From Nageia nagi (taxonomy: Eukaryota > Plantae > Pinophyta): a DNA stretch of 64,000 nt. How positions within the stretch are numbered: position 1 is the first letter of the stretch; every line of letters begins with the position of its first letter. Location: assembly GCA_050084985.1 (NCBI GenBank), contig JBITNC010000001.1:100688001-100752000 (forward strand), given 5' to 3'. Made by a program: the position numbers and the translations under genes. Below, piece after piece: positions 49,101 to 62,453 of the stretch. The notes beneath the pieces are model-generated. The model did no database searches. It was not told where the DNA came from and saw only the letters and a program-made list of their open reading frames with translations.

Positions 49101-52100
49101 ATCTCTTGCATTACTACTTTAGTATGCAAGAGCATTTATATAAGAATTGTACTTACCTTAGTCAATCCAAATACATCTTAGATATTCTATAGAAGTTTAG
49201 AATGGAAGAATGCAAGTCTTTGGATATCCCAGTGTCTCCCAAAATCAAGTTAGAGATTGATTCTAACTCTTAGTTGGTAGATGCTACAATATATAGGAAG
49301 TTTATTGGCAATCTTCTTTATCTAACTTTTTCTTGACTAGATATTTATTATATAATTAATCTAATGATAAGATTTATGTAAAAAAATTATGTTGAGAATA
49401 TCTCTTCAACTAAGATGATCTTGAGGTACATTGCGAGCACTAAGGATCTTCCCCTAAAATATATTAACTTACCTTTCTTTGTTCTTTCAAGATTCTCATA
49501 TTCTAACTATGGAGGTGATAGAGATGATAGGAAATCCAAATCAACTTATGAGTTCAACATTGGTTTAGGTGCTATCTCTTGGCCTTCCAAGAAGCATCCT
49601 ATCATCAATCTATCTACTATAGAGGAAGAATATAGATCTATGATAGTTGCATCCCAAGATGCTATTTGGCTAAAGAATATTCTAAAGAAAATTGGGTTTG
49701 ACCATTCATGTTCTATTAAGATTTCTTTAGATAATCAGTTAGCTATTGCTTTAGCTAAGAATCTTGTTTACCATTAGAGAATAAAGCATGTTTAAATACA
49801 ATCATATTTTATCAAGGAGAAAGTTCTATATGGGACTTTGCAGCTTCATTATTATCCATTGAACTTGAACACCATTGATTTGTTCATTAAACCTCTCAAG
49901 AAGCCTTAGTTATACAAGCTTAGGGATGTTAAAAATTATAATGCACAATTGTGTAATACCGCTCTTTAATGTAAACCCACTTAATGCTAAAAATATCTCT
50001 AGATACCTTTAAGTATTAAGGGAATCAAATATGTTAAACTCTTAACTTAACCCTTGGGTAAAAGAGAGGTTAAAGAGTGGGTTATACCCTATAAATAAAG
50101 GGGTACCCCCTATCTCATAACACACTTGTAGAAGCATAAAAATGCTAGTCTTGTAGAGTTGTAGGAATACTCTTGTACGAATTTGTAGAAGAATTATTGT
50201 AGAAGAATTCTTGAGAATTTGTAAGAGAGTTCTCTTGTGAGAAATAATAGAAGAGATGGTTCAAAATGGATGCATTCCAATACTCAGAGGAACCACTATA
50301 CATTGTGTGTTGTCATTTGTGTGAATGAGTTTTTCTTAGTTAGAAGGTTATTTGTTAGATTTGTTGGAGAAGCTACAAGAGATCTTGGTTTATAAAATCC
50401 TTCAATTCCATCAAATGGTATCAAAGCCAGCTTATTATGATCTCCTTCAAATTTCAACTCCATCATCTTGAGGTAAGTCTTTTTTAAAGTATACATTTCA
50501 ACCTTCATTTATTTTAGTTTTGTTTCCTTAAGGTTGAAATTTAGATCTAATTTGATTTTATGGTTAGATCTTGATATTGATAATATTTAAATATAACACG
50601 CTATATATTAGATCTAACATCTTTTATTTCAATATATATTGAGATCATTTTATAGAATTGTAATTCTTTGTTCACAACTTCTTTTTACAAAATTTAAGTA
50701 TAATTTTTCAAAAATAAATTAAAAGGGGGTTTAGTTCATAAGTGATGAAACAATTCTTTTCAAATAATTTTCTATTATTGATTTACAAGATGCAAGATGC
50801 TATTTAGTTTCATAGCATGGAGAACTATAGGTAATGTTCATAGTAAATAAAAAGGCCTCTAATGTTTTACCTAATTGAAATATAGTCTTCTGGATTTGAA
50901 TAAATGTACTATATGCTTTAGATATATTAAAGGGGTACGTAAATATTTGAAACCTTATCAATATCAAAATTTCCACTCTACTTTGTGCACAGTGCTCATC
51001 ATGTACCCTAAACCACCTAGCATACTATATTTCTGTTGGGACATGTTTAATTTTCCATGGTCTATCAAATAATGTTAGGGGCATCATGAGTTGAAGATAA
51101 TAATTTGATTTTGAGGGTCCTTGTGCTGCCATGTATCCATCCCACATACCCTTCTTCTTTGGAGCACATACCTCACTTATGTGGCTACCTATGGTGCTCA
51201 TAGTTTTAGTGGGTCATTGATAAGCTTATTTGTATATGAAAATGCAAGCATCAAAAGATCAACACCTTTAAACTCAAAGGAGGAAAAGGTAGTTTTCCAC
51301 CTCTATTAAATATATTATTGGGTATTCTTCTTGTATATGTGTGTGTGAGAAGCAACCACAAATCAATTCAAAGGTCCCTTCAGCTTAACCACACTTCTTC
51401 ATCCTTCATGTCTCTATGCCTCATGCAAAATGTGCATGTATTTTTAATTGGTAGGAGTGTTAGAGGTGATGATAATGGAGCCTCTATGAATGCATTCGAA
51501 GTTGATACTCATGGAGCCATTGGTGGTGGAAATGGAAATTCCATTACTCCTGCTCCTCATGAAAGGAACTCTTCCTAGCCTTATCCCTCTACACTCCCTC
51601 TCACCATCACAAGCCTTTAAATATTGACTTGGTATTTTTGTGGCTTGAAAATATTTACATAGTGATATAGTCAAGTGGTTTTGCCTTGTAAATGTTGACT
51701 TGATGGTTTTGTCAAATAGGCTTTTTGTGATTTGAAATTCTTGACTTAATGGTTTGGTCAAGATGATTTTTTAATGGCTTGAAAAATCTTAACTTGATAA
51801 TATAATCAAGTTGTTATGCCTTATAAATCTTGACTTGGTGGTTTAGTCAAGTTGGCATTTGATAGTTTGTGACATCATTAAGATAACATGGTCACATAAG
51901 TATTTGATTGGTAAATTTATCATCAAGGGAGATAAATAAGTCATGAATATATTATGATATGATGACACCCTCTTATACCAAAAATCAAATACAAAATAAT
52001 GATCTAAAACAAATAAATACAAAAATAAAAAATCAAATTTTTATAACAATTGATAATATTAGAATGCATTTATATCATTTGGTTGATTATGCACATATTA

Positions 52101-53128
52101 TATTGTTGATATCATGTTATAGATAATATATTTTGTATGCACATGTGATATTCTTAGATATCATAGTTGATGATATATGTCATTTTTGATATTGTGCATA
52201 TATGATTACTTGGAATATTTATATGCATTTTTTGATTAGTTTATGGGTAACATTATTTGATGCATTTATAAATTAATGTATGTTGCATATAACTATTCTT
52301 ATTTATGAGGTTCTTGTAGCTTGCAAGTTTTTTCTTGATATTACAGGTTACTTTGAGTATGCAAGCTCATGAAGGCTCATCATGTTAATATTTATTGAAT
52401 GAATACTCATATATTGAAACTATTTATGGTTAATGATTGTATTGTAAAATCATTTGTTAAAATTATTAAGTAGTTGAGCCATTGTAGAACCATCTATATT
52501 CTATTAATTTCTCACAAGTTCTCATCTCCAATTGTATTCTTATGGAGAAGAAATCTATTACTCTTTCTCTTTATCTTTTTGACTCTCTACCCCAATATTG
52601 CATTAAGGGGGAGCATTAGAAATTATAATGCACTATTGTGTAATACCTCTTTTTAATTTTCACCTATTAATGTTAAAATTATCTCTAAATACCTTTAAGC
52701 ATTAAGGGAATAAAATATATCAAACTCTTAACTTAACCCTTGGGTAAAAGAGAGGTTAAAGTGTGGGTTTTATCTTATAAATATATGGGTATTTCCCCTC
52801 CCATAACACACTTGTAGAAGCATAAAAATTCTAGTCTTATAGAGTTGTACAAAATGCTCTTTTAGAAACTTTGTAGAATAATTCTTGAGAATTTGTAGGA
52901 GAGTTCACTTGTAAGAAGTAATAGAAGATATGGTTCAAAGTGGATGTACTCCCATAGTTGGAGGAACCATTATACATTATGTGTTCTCATTTATGTGAAT
53001 GATTTTTGATTATTTAAAAGCTTATTTATTAGATTTTTGGATAAGCTACAAGAGATCTTGGTTTATTAAATCATTCAATTCCATCAAGGGAGTCTATTAG
53101 GTTGGTGATGTTTATCTTAAGGGGAGTG
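46189..53128 (+). pseudogene. Copia gag-pol (many stops/frameshifts), interrupted at the RNase H end by a nested element
   Basis: MGNSFEPKHTLDGS; LTFIYDFSR (INT); GKTPYEAWLGKKP; KWIYKVK..KYKARLVAKGFAQ (RT); ISLDNQLAIALAKN (RH). Confidence 0.9.
49927..53086 (+). mobile_element. Non-autonomous LTR element (TRIM/LARD-like, 3160 bp) nested in the Copia
   Basis: LTRs 49927-50413 and 52614-53086; TSD AGGGA (49922-49926 / 53087-53091); PBS TGGTATCAAAGCC; PPT TTAAGGGGGAG; no gag/pol recognised internally. Confidence 0.9.
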
Positions 53129-53897
53129 AAGTTTGAATTATTGATGAATTCATGTTTGTGATGTCACCTTCATCTCCAAGAGGATTTTGATTGTATAGTG
53201 TTGATCTTATGTTTTCACTTTTTATGCTTACTCCTCCATATGTGAGGAGCTTATTTTTACTCTTTATTTTATCTTGGCATGTACATTTTTATACTTAGTT
53301 TTCCATGTGTGATGAACTTTTTATACACCTTATGCATATGATAGATTATTGTGAGCATTGTTTAAGTATCCATGTGTGAGAAACTAGTATATGTATATTT
53401 TTATATCATATGCTTTGATAATGATCAACATATGTTTACTTATACAACAAGTGAATATAGGTTTCCTTGATATCTTTGTGATGGATTATAATGAACCATT
53501 TTATCAATTTATAGATGGCATTATTTGATTCATTTATTTATGTTGATATAAATGTATAATGCATCTAAATGATACTATTTATGAGTTGATTTTAGCTTGC
53601 AATTTTCTCCTATAGATTTTAGGTTACTTACTTTGGGTATTCAGGCTCATAAAGGCTCATCATGTCAACATATTATTGAATGAATACTACTTGTCCATTG
53701 AATTCATTTATGGTTAATGATTGATGTATTGTAAACCATTTATTTAAATGGCTATATAGTTGAAACTGAAGCTAGATTATATTACTTCTCAAGATATCAA
53801 GTTCTCATCTTCCATTGTATTTATTATGGAGGAGAACTTTCTTACACTATGTTTCTATCTTCTCTTATTTCTACCCTTATATTACATTAAGGGGGAG

Positions 53898-54414
53898 TGT
53901 TAGAACTAGTAATGCACTATTGTATAAATTATTCTTTAAAAAGGTATCTAAACAATAATATTCCTTCTCCTTATGTAATTCTCTATTTAATCCAATAGAT
54001 ATTTAAAAGTGCTCCTAAATACCTTTTAAGTATTTGTGAAATAAATATTACAACTTGTCTCACATATGAATATTCTTATCCTTTAGATAATGGTGTTCCC
54101 ATTGGGTAAAAAGGTGAGCTAAAGTGGGATTTTTTTTTTTATAAATTGAGGGATCTCCTCAAGCATTATTCACTCTAGTTTGAAGAATTATAATTCTCTT
54201 AGTGTGAAGAAGTTTATGAGGAGATAATTCTAGTGTATAATTGTAAGAGATTCTTGTATCTTGAGAAGTAATAGAATTTAGCTTAGAGTAGACTAATTTT
54301 TGATAGAGAGGAACCACTATACATGCTTGTATCACTTGTTTGTGTGATTGAATTATTTAGAGTATTCTTGAGTTGGTTTGGTGATCTTGGTGTAGGAGGA
54401 TTCATCTTCCATTA
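53898..54414 (+). repeat. Copia 3' LTR
   Basis: Follows the PPT; aligns to the 5' LTR; followed by TSD ATTTT. Confidence 0.92.
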
Positions 54415-55300
54415 ATTTTAGGTATACTCCCTAATGTTACTCAATAATATAGTGGTAAGAAAATTCAAATTGGACTTGATAAACCCAGGGATACAAAAGA
54501 AGATGAAGAATTAAAAAATCTTATTAATAAAAATTATGAAAAAATATGATTGGTTTGTTGAGGAACATAATGTTAAAATTGATTTGTTAATAGTAGCTCA
54601 AGCGTCCATAGCATTTCAAAAAGCCACAGATGACCAAAGATTAGATCATTTGTATCAACTATTATATACTCTAGAAGATAAAATATTCACTCAAACTAGT
54701 CCTTTTCTCAAATTAATAAAAGAAGAATCAAAATGATCTTAATTAGCACAAAAATACATACAACCTGAAATAGTTGCATCTTCACCTCAACTACATCTTC
54801 ACCTCAAATAGTTACCTCTCCACCTCAAATACCTACCGCACCACCACCCCAAGTAGTTCCTTCCACAATAGTCACTCAACCTTATATTAATTAATCATAA
54901 TTAAAAAATATATAAAATAAAAATTATTTGCTTGGTAATAATGATGATGACTATTTATATTATTTAAAAATACCTTTGTATGATAGAATTACTTGTAAAA
55001 TACAGATAACAAAGAGAGTCTTAAATTTGCAAAATTTGATGGTTCTTAAGATTCTAAGATGCATGTTCAAAAATTCCAAGAAGATGATATTGAATTTTTG
55101 CATGATATTGATATGATAGCTAAGTTATTTTCTTGTAATTTGAAATATGAAGCACTCGAATGGTATTTTACTATTCCTAAAAATGTATTGATAACTATAA
55201 ATAAATTATTTGATTTTTTATAGATAATTTTAAATATAATATTAAAGAAACTATATTATTAAAAGATTTATGCAAAATTAAATAACAAAGTACTCAAAGC

Positions 55301-56340
55301 TTGATCTAGGGGTAAGTTCAAGAAGTTGAGTCCACATATAATGAAAGTTTTGGTACTTAGAAACTTTTTAAAGGAGACAAGATCCTATTACTTAACAAAT
55401 AGGATCCAATATTACTTTGGGATCTCAAACCTAAATGGGATCCCATTATTTAAAAAATAAGATCTATATTTTTAAATGATGGGATCCTATTTCATAAATT
55501 TGAAATTCAATCCTACCCCTTTGCTTTGGATTTTGGCTTAGGAAAGGCTTGGTGAGTAGACCCTTAGCCTTAAACCTATAAATTCAAGTTCTTATCAATG
55601 GTAATGGAAAATACTAACTTTTGATGTATGTTTGATCAACTTTTTTTGCATATTGTTTTCATAAAATTAAAACCCATTACATATGAGAGTATGCAAATTT
55701 CAAAAATGTAATTGATTTTACAATTGGATTATATTTTCTATTTTTCAATTAATTTTCAATGAAGTTATCCATAAACTTGAGAAATTAGGGTTTCTTATTT
55801 TTGAATAATTTAATTTTTTGAGAATTTTAAAATATTATATAAGAACAATCTACAAAGAATTCTCTATAACATAAAAAAATGATAAGTTTACGTCAAATTA
55901 AGTGTGTCATACATGAGCAATTTTTAAAACTATAGTTAGGGCCAATATAAAATTAATAAAAAATATTCACCAAAAAATTTAAAAAAAATATACTGCAAAT
56001 CTATAGTGTCTTAGGTATCTTTTCACAAAAGGATTTAAAAAAAACTTTAATTTAGGTCAAATTATGTGTGTCATACACATGCTTGGTATGGTCCTGAAAT
56101 AATATTTTTTAATAAGTGGTTTTTATACATGCCTATCAAAATTTAATTTATATACTTTAGTTATTGGAATAAATTACATATTTGAAAAGTAGATTTAGAG
56201 CACTACAATTTTACCTCAGTGATACTTTTTAAGATTCCATGTTTAAGTGTTTCAAATTTTGAGATCAATTATGATCAAACCTAAAAATCAAGGAAAAAAA
56301 TTCCACTTTTTGGCCATAAAGTGGAACCAACTTACATTGA
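55301..56340. mobile_element. ~1-kb AT-rich insertion (MITE-like) splitting the Gypsy gag remnant
   Basis: The gag reading resumes across it (QSTQS|IIDFIK); weak subterminal inverted match AAGTTGAGTCCAC / GTGGAACCAACTT. Confidence 0.4.
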
Positions 56341-58769
56341 ATCATAGATTTTATTAAAGTTTGGAAAACTTTTCTAATAAAGTAATACTACTAAAACATA
56401 TTTAAAAGATGCTTTTATTGATTCTTTGCTACCTCAATTCGGATTAGAAGCTATTGATCTTTATGATTTGTCATTGGGTAAGATAATTAATAGATTTCTA
56501 AAAAGGAGTCTTATATTATTCAAATTACTAAAGATGCTAAAAAAAATTAATTATGTTGTAGTACCATCTATTACAAATTTTGATAAATCAATAGTAGCAA
56601 ACATTAGAAATGATAACAAACCACAAAAAATGAAATTTGAAAAGTTAACTGAAGATGTGGATTTTATCCTTAATGTTTTATTACAAAAGAATATCATTGA
56701 ATTAACATCAATATTTCAACACCATTTTCCACATGGGGTTACATAAAACTACCACTTTGAAGAATTTTATAATTATCATAACACTTCAGGTCATCTAACC
56801 AAAAATTTTAAAACTAAGGAATATTATTAGGACCTTCTTAATAAAAAGCAATAAATATTGATAATGGGTCACCAAAAGAACAACATGATAAAGTTGGTCT
56901 AGTTCATCCTCATAATCAATAGTTGAATATTTTCACAAATCATTTTCTAAAACCTCATAAACAACCTAAGAGTCTAATTAGAATGGTAACTACTTGTGAT
57001 TCTTTGAGATATCATTTTTGTAACCATTTTAGGTCAAATGGAGCATGTCAATCTTTTAAGGCAATGAAAGCAAAAATATGTTGAAGTGAAAAATATGAAT
57101 TCATTACAAACCATAATGTACACACCATGTATGAATATTATCACAATGCCCATGCTGATCATCCTCATACAAAATAGGTACCTATCTTTATTCCAACTTC
57201 ATTCTAATGCAAATGGGTTAAGAAACCACCCAAGTTTTTCATATTATTGGTTAAATTTATTCTATTTTCACTTCACTATTTTATATGTTATATATTTAAA
57301 ATTATATAAAATTACAAAACTTTCTCATGCATTTATGATTATTTCATCAAGATATTCAATCCTTCCATCTTCCCATCCTCATTATTTCATTAGTTTCATC
57401 ATTTATCTCATCATTTATTTTTTTTGATATTCCCATACTTAACTTTTCAATCAAAATTTCAAGTCATTATTTGTTGATCCTTGCATCTCTCATTTTCTCG
57501 TCAAGCTCAAAATTTTCCATGTTAATAAAATATTTCTCATGCCTAGAGTTGGTACATTATCATACATAACTAGTTGCATATCATCTAAACAAAATCAGCA
57601 AATAAAAAAATAAAAAGGTTAAAAAAATTCAATCTTAGTTGGGGGAAATTTAGTTTCAACTAAGGGTAGTTTTAGTTTGGGGTAGTTTTAGTTTTAGTTA
57701 GGGGTATTTTTGATTTCAACTCAAGTTAGAAGTCAAATATCAAAGTAGAATGCAAAATTACAAAAGAAAAATTTGGTTTTAGAATATTCAAGAATAAAAG
57801 CATCATTTGAAGGAATTGAACTATAACAAGAACAATCCTAAACTACCAAGATCACAATGAAAGCTCTCAATTCACATCTAACTATCACACAAAGTAATCT
57901 CACAAAGATAACACAAGATGTAAATGGTTCCTCCAACTAGGAGTACATCCACTAACTAGATCTCTATTCTTAACAAATATGAACTCTTAAATCCTCTTAC
58001 TCTTTTCTCCTAAACACTATCCTATAGCATAATTTGCTACACAAATTGGTGTGTAATCACAAAGAGGGAGCCTTCTCTTTATAGGCAAAATCCCTCTTTG
58101 GATCACCCTTTTATCCAATGTACAAAAGCATGACATGCACATCCTTTTACCTAAGGGCATGCTCATGACATGGAGTGTAGGACAAGTTACATTATCATAT
58201 TCACTTAAATACTTAAGGTATAAAATGATACCCTTAAGCATTAGTGAACTTACATAAAAAATTTAATACAAACCTTTACAATAATGCATTATACATTCCA
58301 ACACTTCTCCTTAATGCAATATTGGAATAGAGCGAGTAAGAGAGAAGAAGAAGAGAAAGTAAGAGAGTTCTCCTCCAAATAGATAAAATGGAGATGAGAA
58401 ATTTTTATATATTTGTGAAGTAAGAAAGATCTAGTTTGAGACTCACTACTTTGCCAAATACAATCATTAACCACAACTAGTTTCAATGTACATGAAGTAG
58501 TCATCCAACTAGAAGTCATGAAGAGTCTCCAAAAGCCTACATACTTGAGGTAAGTAACCTACAATCTCAAAGGAACCTGCAAGTCATAAGTAGTTCAAAT
58601 AATAAGATCAGTTAGATGCATCATATTCATATCAACAAGGATAGATGAATCACATAAATGCCATCATGAATTGATCAATGGTGCACTATAAGTCATCACG
58701 AAGATGCCATGCCAAAAAACCTTTAATCATCTGCTGTATATAAAACATGTGTTGATTATCATAATAAAA

Positions 58770-59110
58770 TAGAGCATGCACATATGAGTTCCTTACATAT
58801 GGATAATTGAATAGTGCCAAAATATACATAAGAGTTCCTCACACATGGATAACTCAATAGTGCTAGATTGACCAAAAATAGAGTATGCACATACAAGTTC
58901 CTCACATATGGATAACTAAATAGTACCAAAAGACACATAAGAATTTCTCACACATGGATAACTAAATAGTGCTAAGTTAGCCAATTTGTACAGGACCAAA
59001 AATAGAGTATGCACATACGAGTTCCTCACATATAGATAACTAAACAGTGCCAAAAGATACATAAAAATTTCTCACACATGGATAACTAAATAGTGCTAGA
59101 TTGGCCAATT
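58770..59110. repeat. Tandem repeat (~45-bp monomers in ~100-125-bp higher-order units) in the Copia 3' region
   Basis: GAGTTCCTCACA(T/C)ATGGATAACTAAATAGTGC recurs 6 times. Confidence 0.85.
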
Positions 59111-59238
59111 TATACAAGTTCTTCATATAGAGCAAACTTACCATGAAGGTGTACAACAAAAGCAACATTATATAACAAAAAATCCTCCTAGGGGTAAGTT
59201 GTCATCGCAAACATGAATTCAATACAAGAATTCAAACT

Positions 59239-62200
59239 TCACTCCCCCTTAATGGACAACTTCACCAACCTAATAGCATCTCTAAGCTTACAAAATTGAG
59301 CTTTCAAGAGGAGCTTGATGAATAAATTAGTAGAGTTCAAGGTGGATGGATAATACTCTAGGTGTATGATGCCATCAAGAACCTTCTCCTTGATAAAATG
59401 GGCATGGATTTCCACATGTTTTGTTCTCTGATGGAACACAAGATTCTTAACCAAAGAAATAGCTGACTGATTATCTAAAGAAATCAAATATGAGCAACCT
59501 TGCTCATACCCAATTTCTTTCAAAATATGCTTTAGCCAAATGGCTTCTTGGGTTGCAACATACATGGCACGATATTTGAATTCTATGGTGGAAAGAGAAA
59601 TAGTAGGTTATTTCTTGGAATCCCAAGAGATAGCACTTGAACCAATGCTAAACACATGTGCAAAGGTTAACTTCTTGTCATCTCTATCTCCTCTATATTC
59701 AAAATTTGAGAATCCAGAGAGAATAAATGAGGAAAACTTATAATACTTGAGAGCAAGATCTTTAGTCCCTGCAACATACCTCAAGATTTGCTTAATAGCA
59801 TTGAGGTGCTCAACATATGGTTTCTGCATGAATTGTGCCATCAGATTCATTACAAAGGTAATATCTAACTTGGATATAGTTAAATTAAAAAGACTACCAA
59901 TTAATTGCACATAAGCTGTAGCATCAGCTAATTGAGAATTGGATCTTAGAGAAATAGTGATTCTAGGAGAGATTGGGATTGCAGCATGTCTACACTCCTC
60001 CATTCCAAACTTTTGCAAGATATTTGATATATTCTTAGATTTATTGAGGTAAGTACAATATTTGTATTGATACACTTGCATTCCAAGATAGTAGTGCAAG
60101 AGATCAATATCAATCATTTCAAAGGTTACCTTAAGTTTGGATATGCACTCTTGAATGATTTCATCATTATTTCTAGTAATCAAAAGATCATCCACATAAA
60201 GGAGAATCAAGACCACATATTTTCTTTGATTGAGTACATATAGATCAAATTCAAAAAAAACTTGGAGAATCCAATGTCTACAAAGTACCCTAAAATATTT
60301 TTGTACCAAGCTCGAGGTGCTTGCTTAAGTCCATACAATGACTTCTTTAGCTTGCACACAAAGGACTCTTTACCTTCCATAATAAAACCTTCTAGTTGAT
60401 TCATGAAGATTTTCACATCTAAGTCACCATTGAGAAATGCACTCTTGACATCAAGTTGAAAAAATTTTCATCTTTGAGCTGTAAAAAGAGTAAGAATAAC
60501 TCTCATAGTAGGCATCTTTGCCATGGGAGCAAAGGTTTCCTTATAATCTACATCATATTTCTAAGCAAAACCTTTAGTTACTAACCTTGCCCTATATTTT
60601 TCAATATCTCCAGTTGAATTGAACTTGACCTTGTAGATCCACTTATTGCAAATCACATTCTTTTCATTAGGATAAGGAACCAAGTCCCAAGTTTTGTTTT
60701 TCATAAGCACCTCATACTCAACTTTTATGGCTTTCAGCTAGCACTCATGCTTAGAAGCTTATTTGAAGGTTGAGGGCTCATGCTTGTCAATTTTTGCATT
60801 TAAAGATTTGTTCAAGGTCATGCTCTTAGTCTAAAATGGATGTAAGATGCTCCTCCAAATGACTTAGTTTAAAATGGACCCATCAAATCTAAATGCACAA
60901 GTTGAAAAATTTGAGATGCTCTTGTTGCCTTATCTTTTTCAAATTGTTGTCTATTTATCGTACCAAGAATGCACTTCTTGCATAGATCAACTGAAGGAGA
61001 AATTGAAGGCAAACCTTCCATAAGTTCTTGGTCTTTCATGACTTGAATACTCTGGTGGTTAAGGTGCCCTAAATGATGGTGCAAAAGATTGCCTTTATAA
61101 CACATACTAGAAGCAAAACACATCTTTGATAGAACTTGATCTACAATGTAGAAGTTATATTTCATAGATCCTTTAACCAAAGTGGAAAGTCCTTTCTTAA
61201 TGCACCAAAATTGAGAGTCAAACTCAAAAAAGTACCTTTTTTTAGCAACTTGGATCATAGAGAGAAGGTTTATTCTTAACTTAGGAACATAGAGAACATT
61301 TTTGTGAATTAGCACACTTCTAATTCTTGAACTTCAAGGGTAGAGTTATCACCTATCATAATTGCATCCTTTTTATACTTGTGAAAGTTATCAAACTTTT
61401 CTTTTTCAAATCATAGGTGATTAGTGCAACTAGAGTCAACAATCCATTCAGATGAAAAAGAGTGAGACATGGAGTAGAGCATCATAGCAAAACTAGCATG
61501 AGTATTTTTATTTCCTTTATATTTATTTACATTTCTATTACCTTTGTTATTTTCCTCTCTTTTCTTTTTGTAGCAATCAATTTCTTTGTGACCTTGAATG
61601 CCATAATAGTTACAATTGCCATCAAACTTTTCCTTAGGATAAGGAGTGTTTGCTTTTCTTTTTCCATCTCTTTGCTTGAAATGATTATTATTGCTATTGT
61701 TCCTACTACTATGGTTGTTATTTTTATTGTTCTTATTGCTATTGTAACCATTACCTCTTTTCTCAAACCTTTTGGAGGAAGAAGGATAAGATTTCTTTTG
61801 AAGGTTGAACTTCTTTTCGAAAGGAGTTTTGGTTGCTCCAAGAGCAATGTTATTATCTTTAGGAGAAGAAATCAATATCTTATTGTTAAGGGTTTTCTCA
61901 TGATTTAATAGGTGACTTGAAAGGTTCTCAAGGGAGAATAATTCTTCTTCATCATTAAGCCTTGTTACCATAACTATCACAAAGTTTCCAAACTTTGAAA
62001 AAAGGCTTTGAAAAATGATGAAGACCATGAACTCATCCAATTGCATCCATAAGCAACAAGTTGGGTCCTTAGGTCAATGATTTTATTCAAGTAGATAGCC
62101 ACATTTTTATTTTCCTTTTCATAAAATTGAAGCAAATTTTAGAGAATGGTAAACCTTCTTGAAAAGTTTGAACTAAGGTAGATTTGTTTAAGCTTATCCC

Positions 62201-62453
62201 ACACTTCCTTTGTTGAGATTGAAGAGGAAATCATTAGGAGCAAATCATCTAAAATTGCATGATAAATCATGGAGGTTGCCAACTCATTATTTGTGTTGTA
62301 AGCCTTTAATTCATTCTCATCTATAGGTGGTACAAGGTTCTCATTCATTATTTGCCAAAGCTTCCTCACCTGCATTTTAGCTCTCATCGATGGTTCCCAA
62401 ATTCCATAGTTGGAACCATTAAGAATGTGTTTGGGTAAAAAGGATTCTCCCAT
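59239..62453 (-). pseudogene. Copia gag-pol with integrase-core deletion
   Basis: ORFs 62139..62453, 61411..62046, 60869..61315, 60207..60416, 59608..60309 and 59239..59565; VHLDLMGPF is joined almost directly to the EPSTFK RT leader. Confidence 0.9.

Larger units (their letters stand above)
42543..54414 (+). mobile_element. Full-length decayed Ty1/Copia LTR retrotransposon
   Basis: LTRs 42543-43082 and 53898-54414; TSD ATTTT; tRNA-Met-type PBS TGGTATCTAGAACC at 43085; PPT TTAAGGGGGAG; gag-PR-INT-RT-RH order from 46189 to ~53128. Confidence 0.93.
41720..57800 (+). mobile_element. Old Gypsy (Tat-like) gag-region remnant hosting the Copia insertion
   Basis: Gag remnants EALEWYFTIP, KDLCKIK*QSTQS|IIDFIKVWK and FYNYHNTSGHLT. 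The sequence is continuous across the ATTTT TSD. Outer boundaries are uncertain. Confidence 0.45.

Noticed and set aside
61462-61908. Hydrophobic antisense ORF (env-like?)
   Set aside because: It is the reverse complement of the Asn/Lys-rich gag region; no independent evidence.
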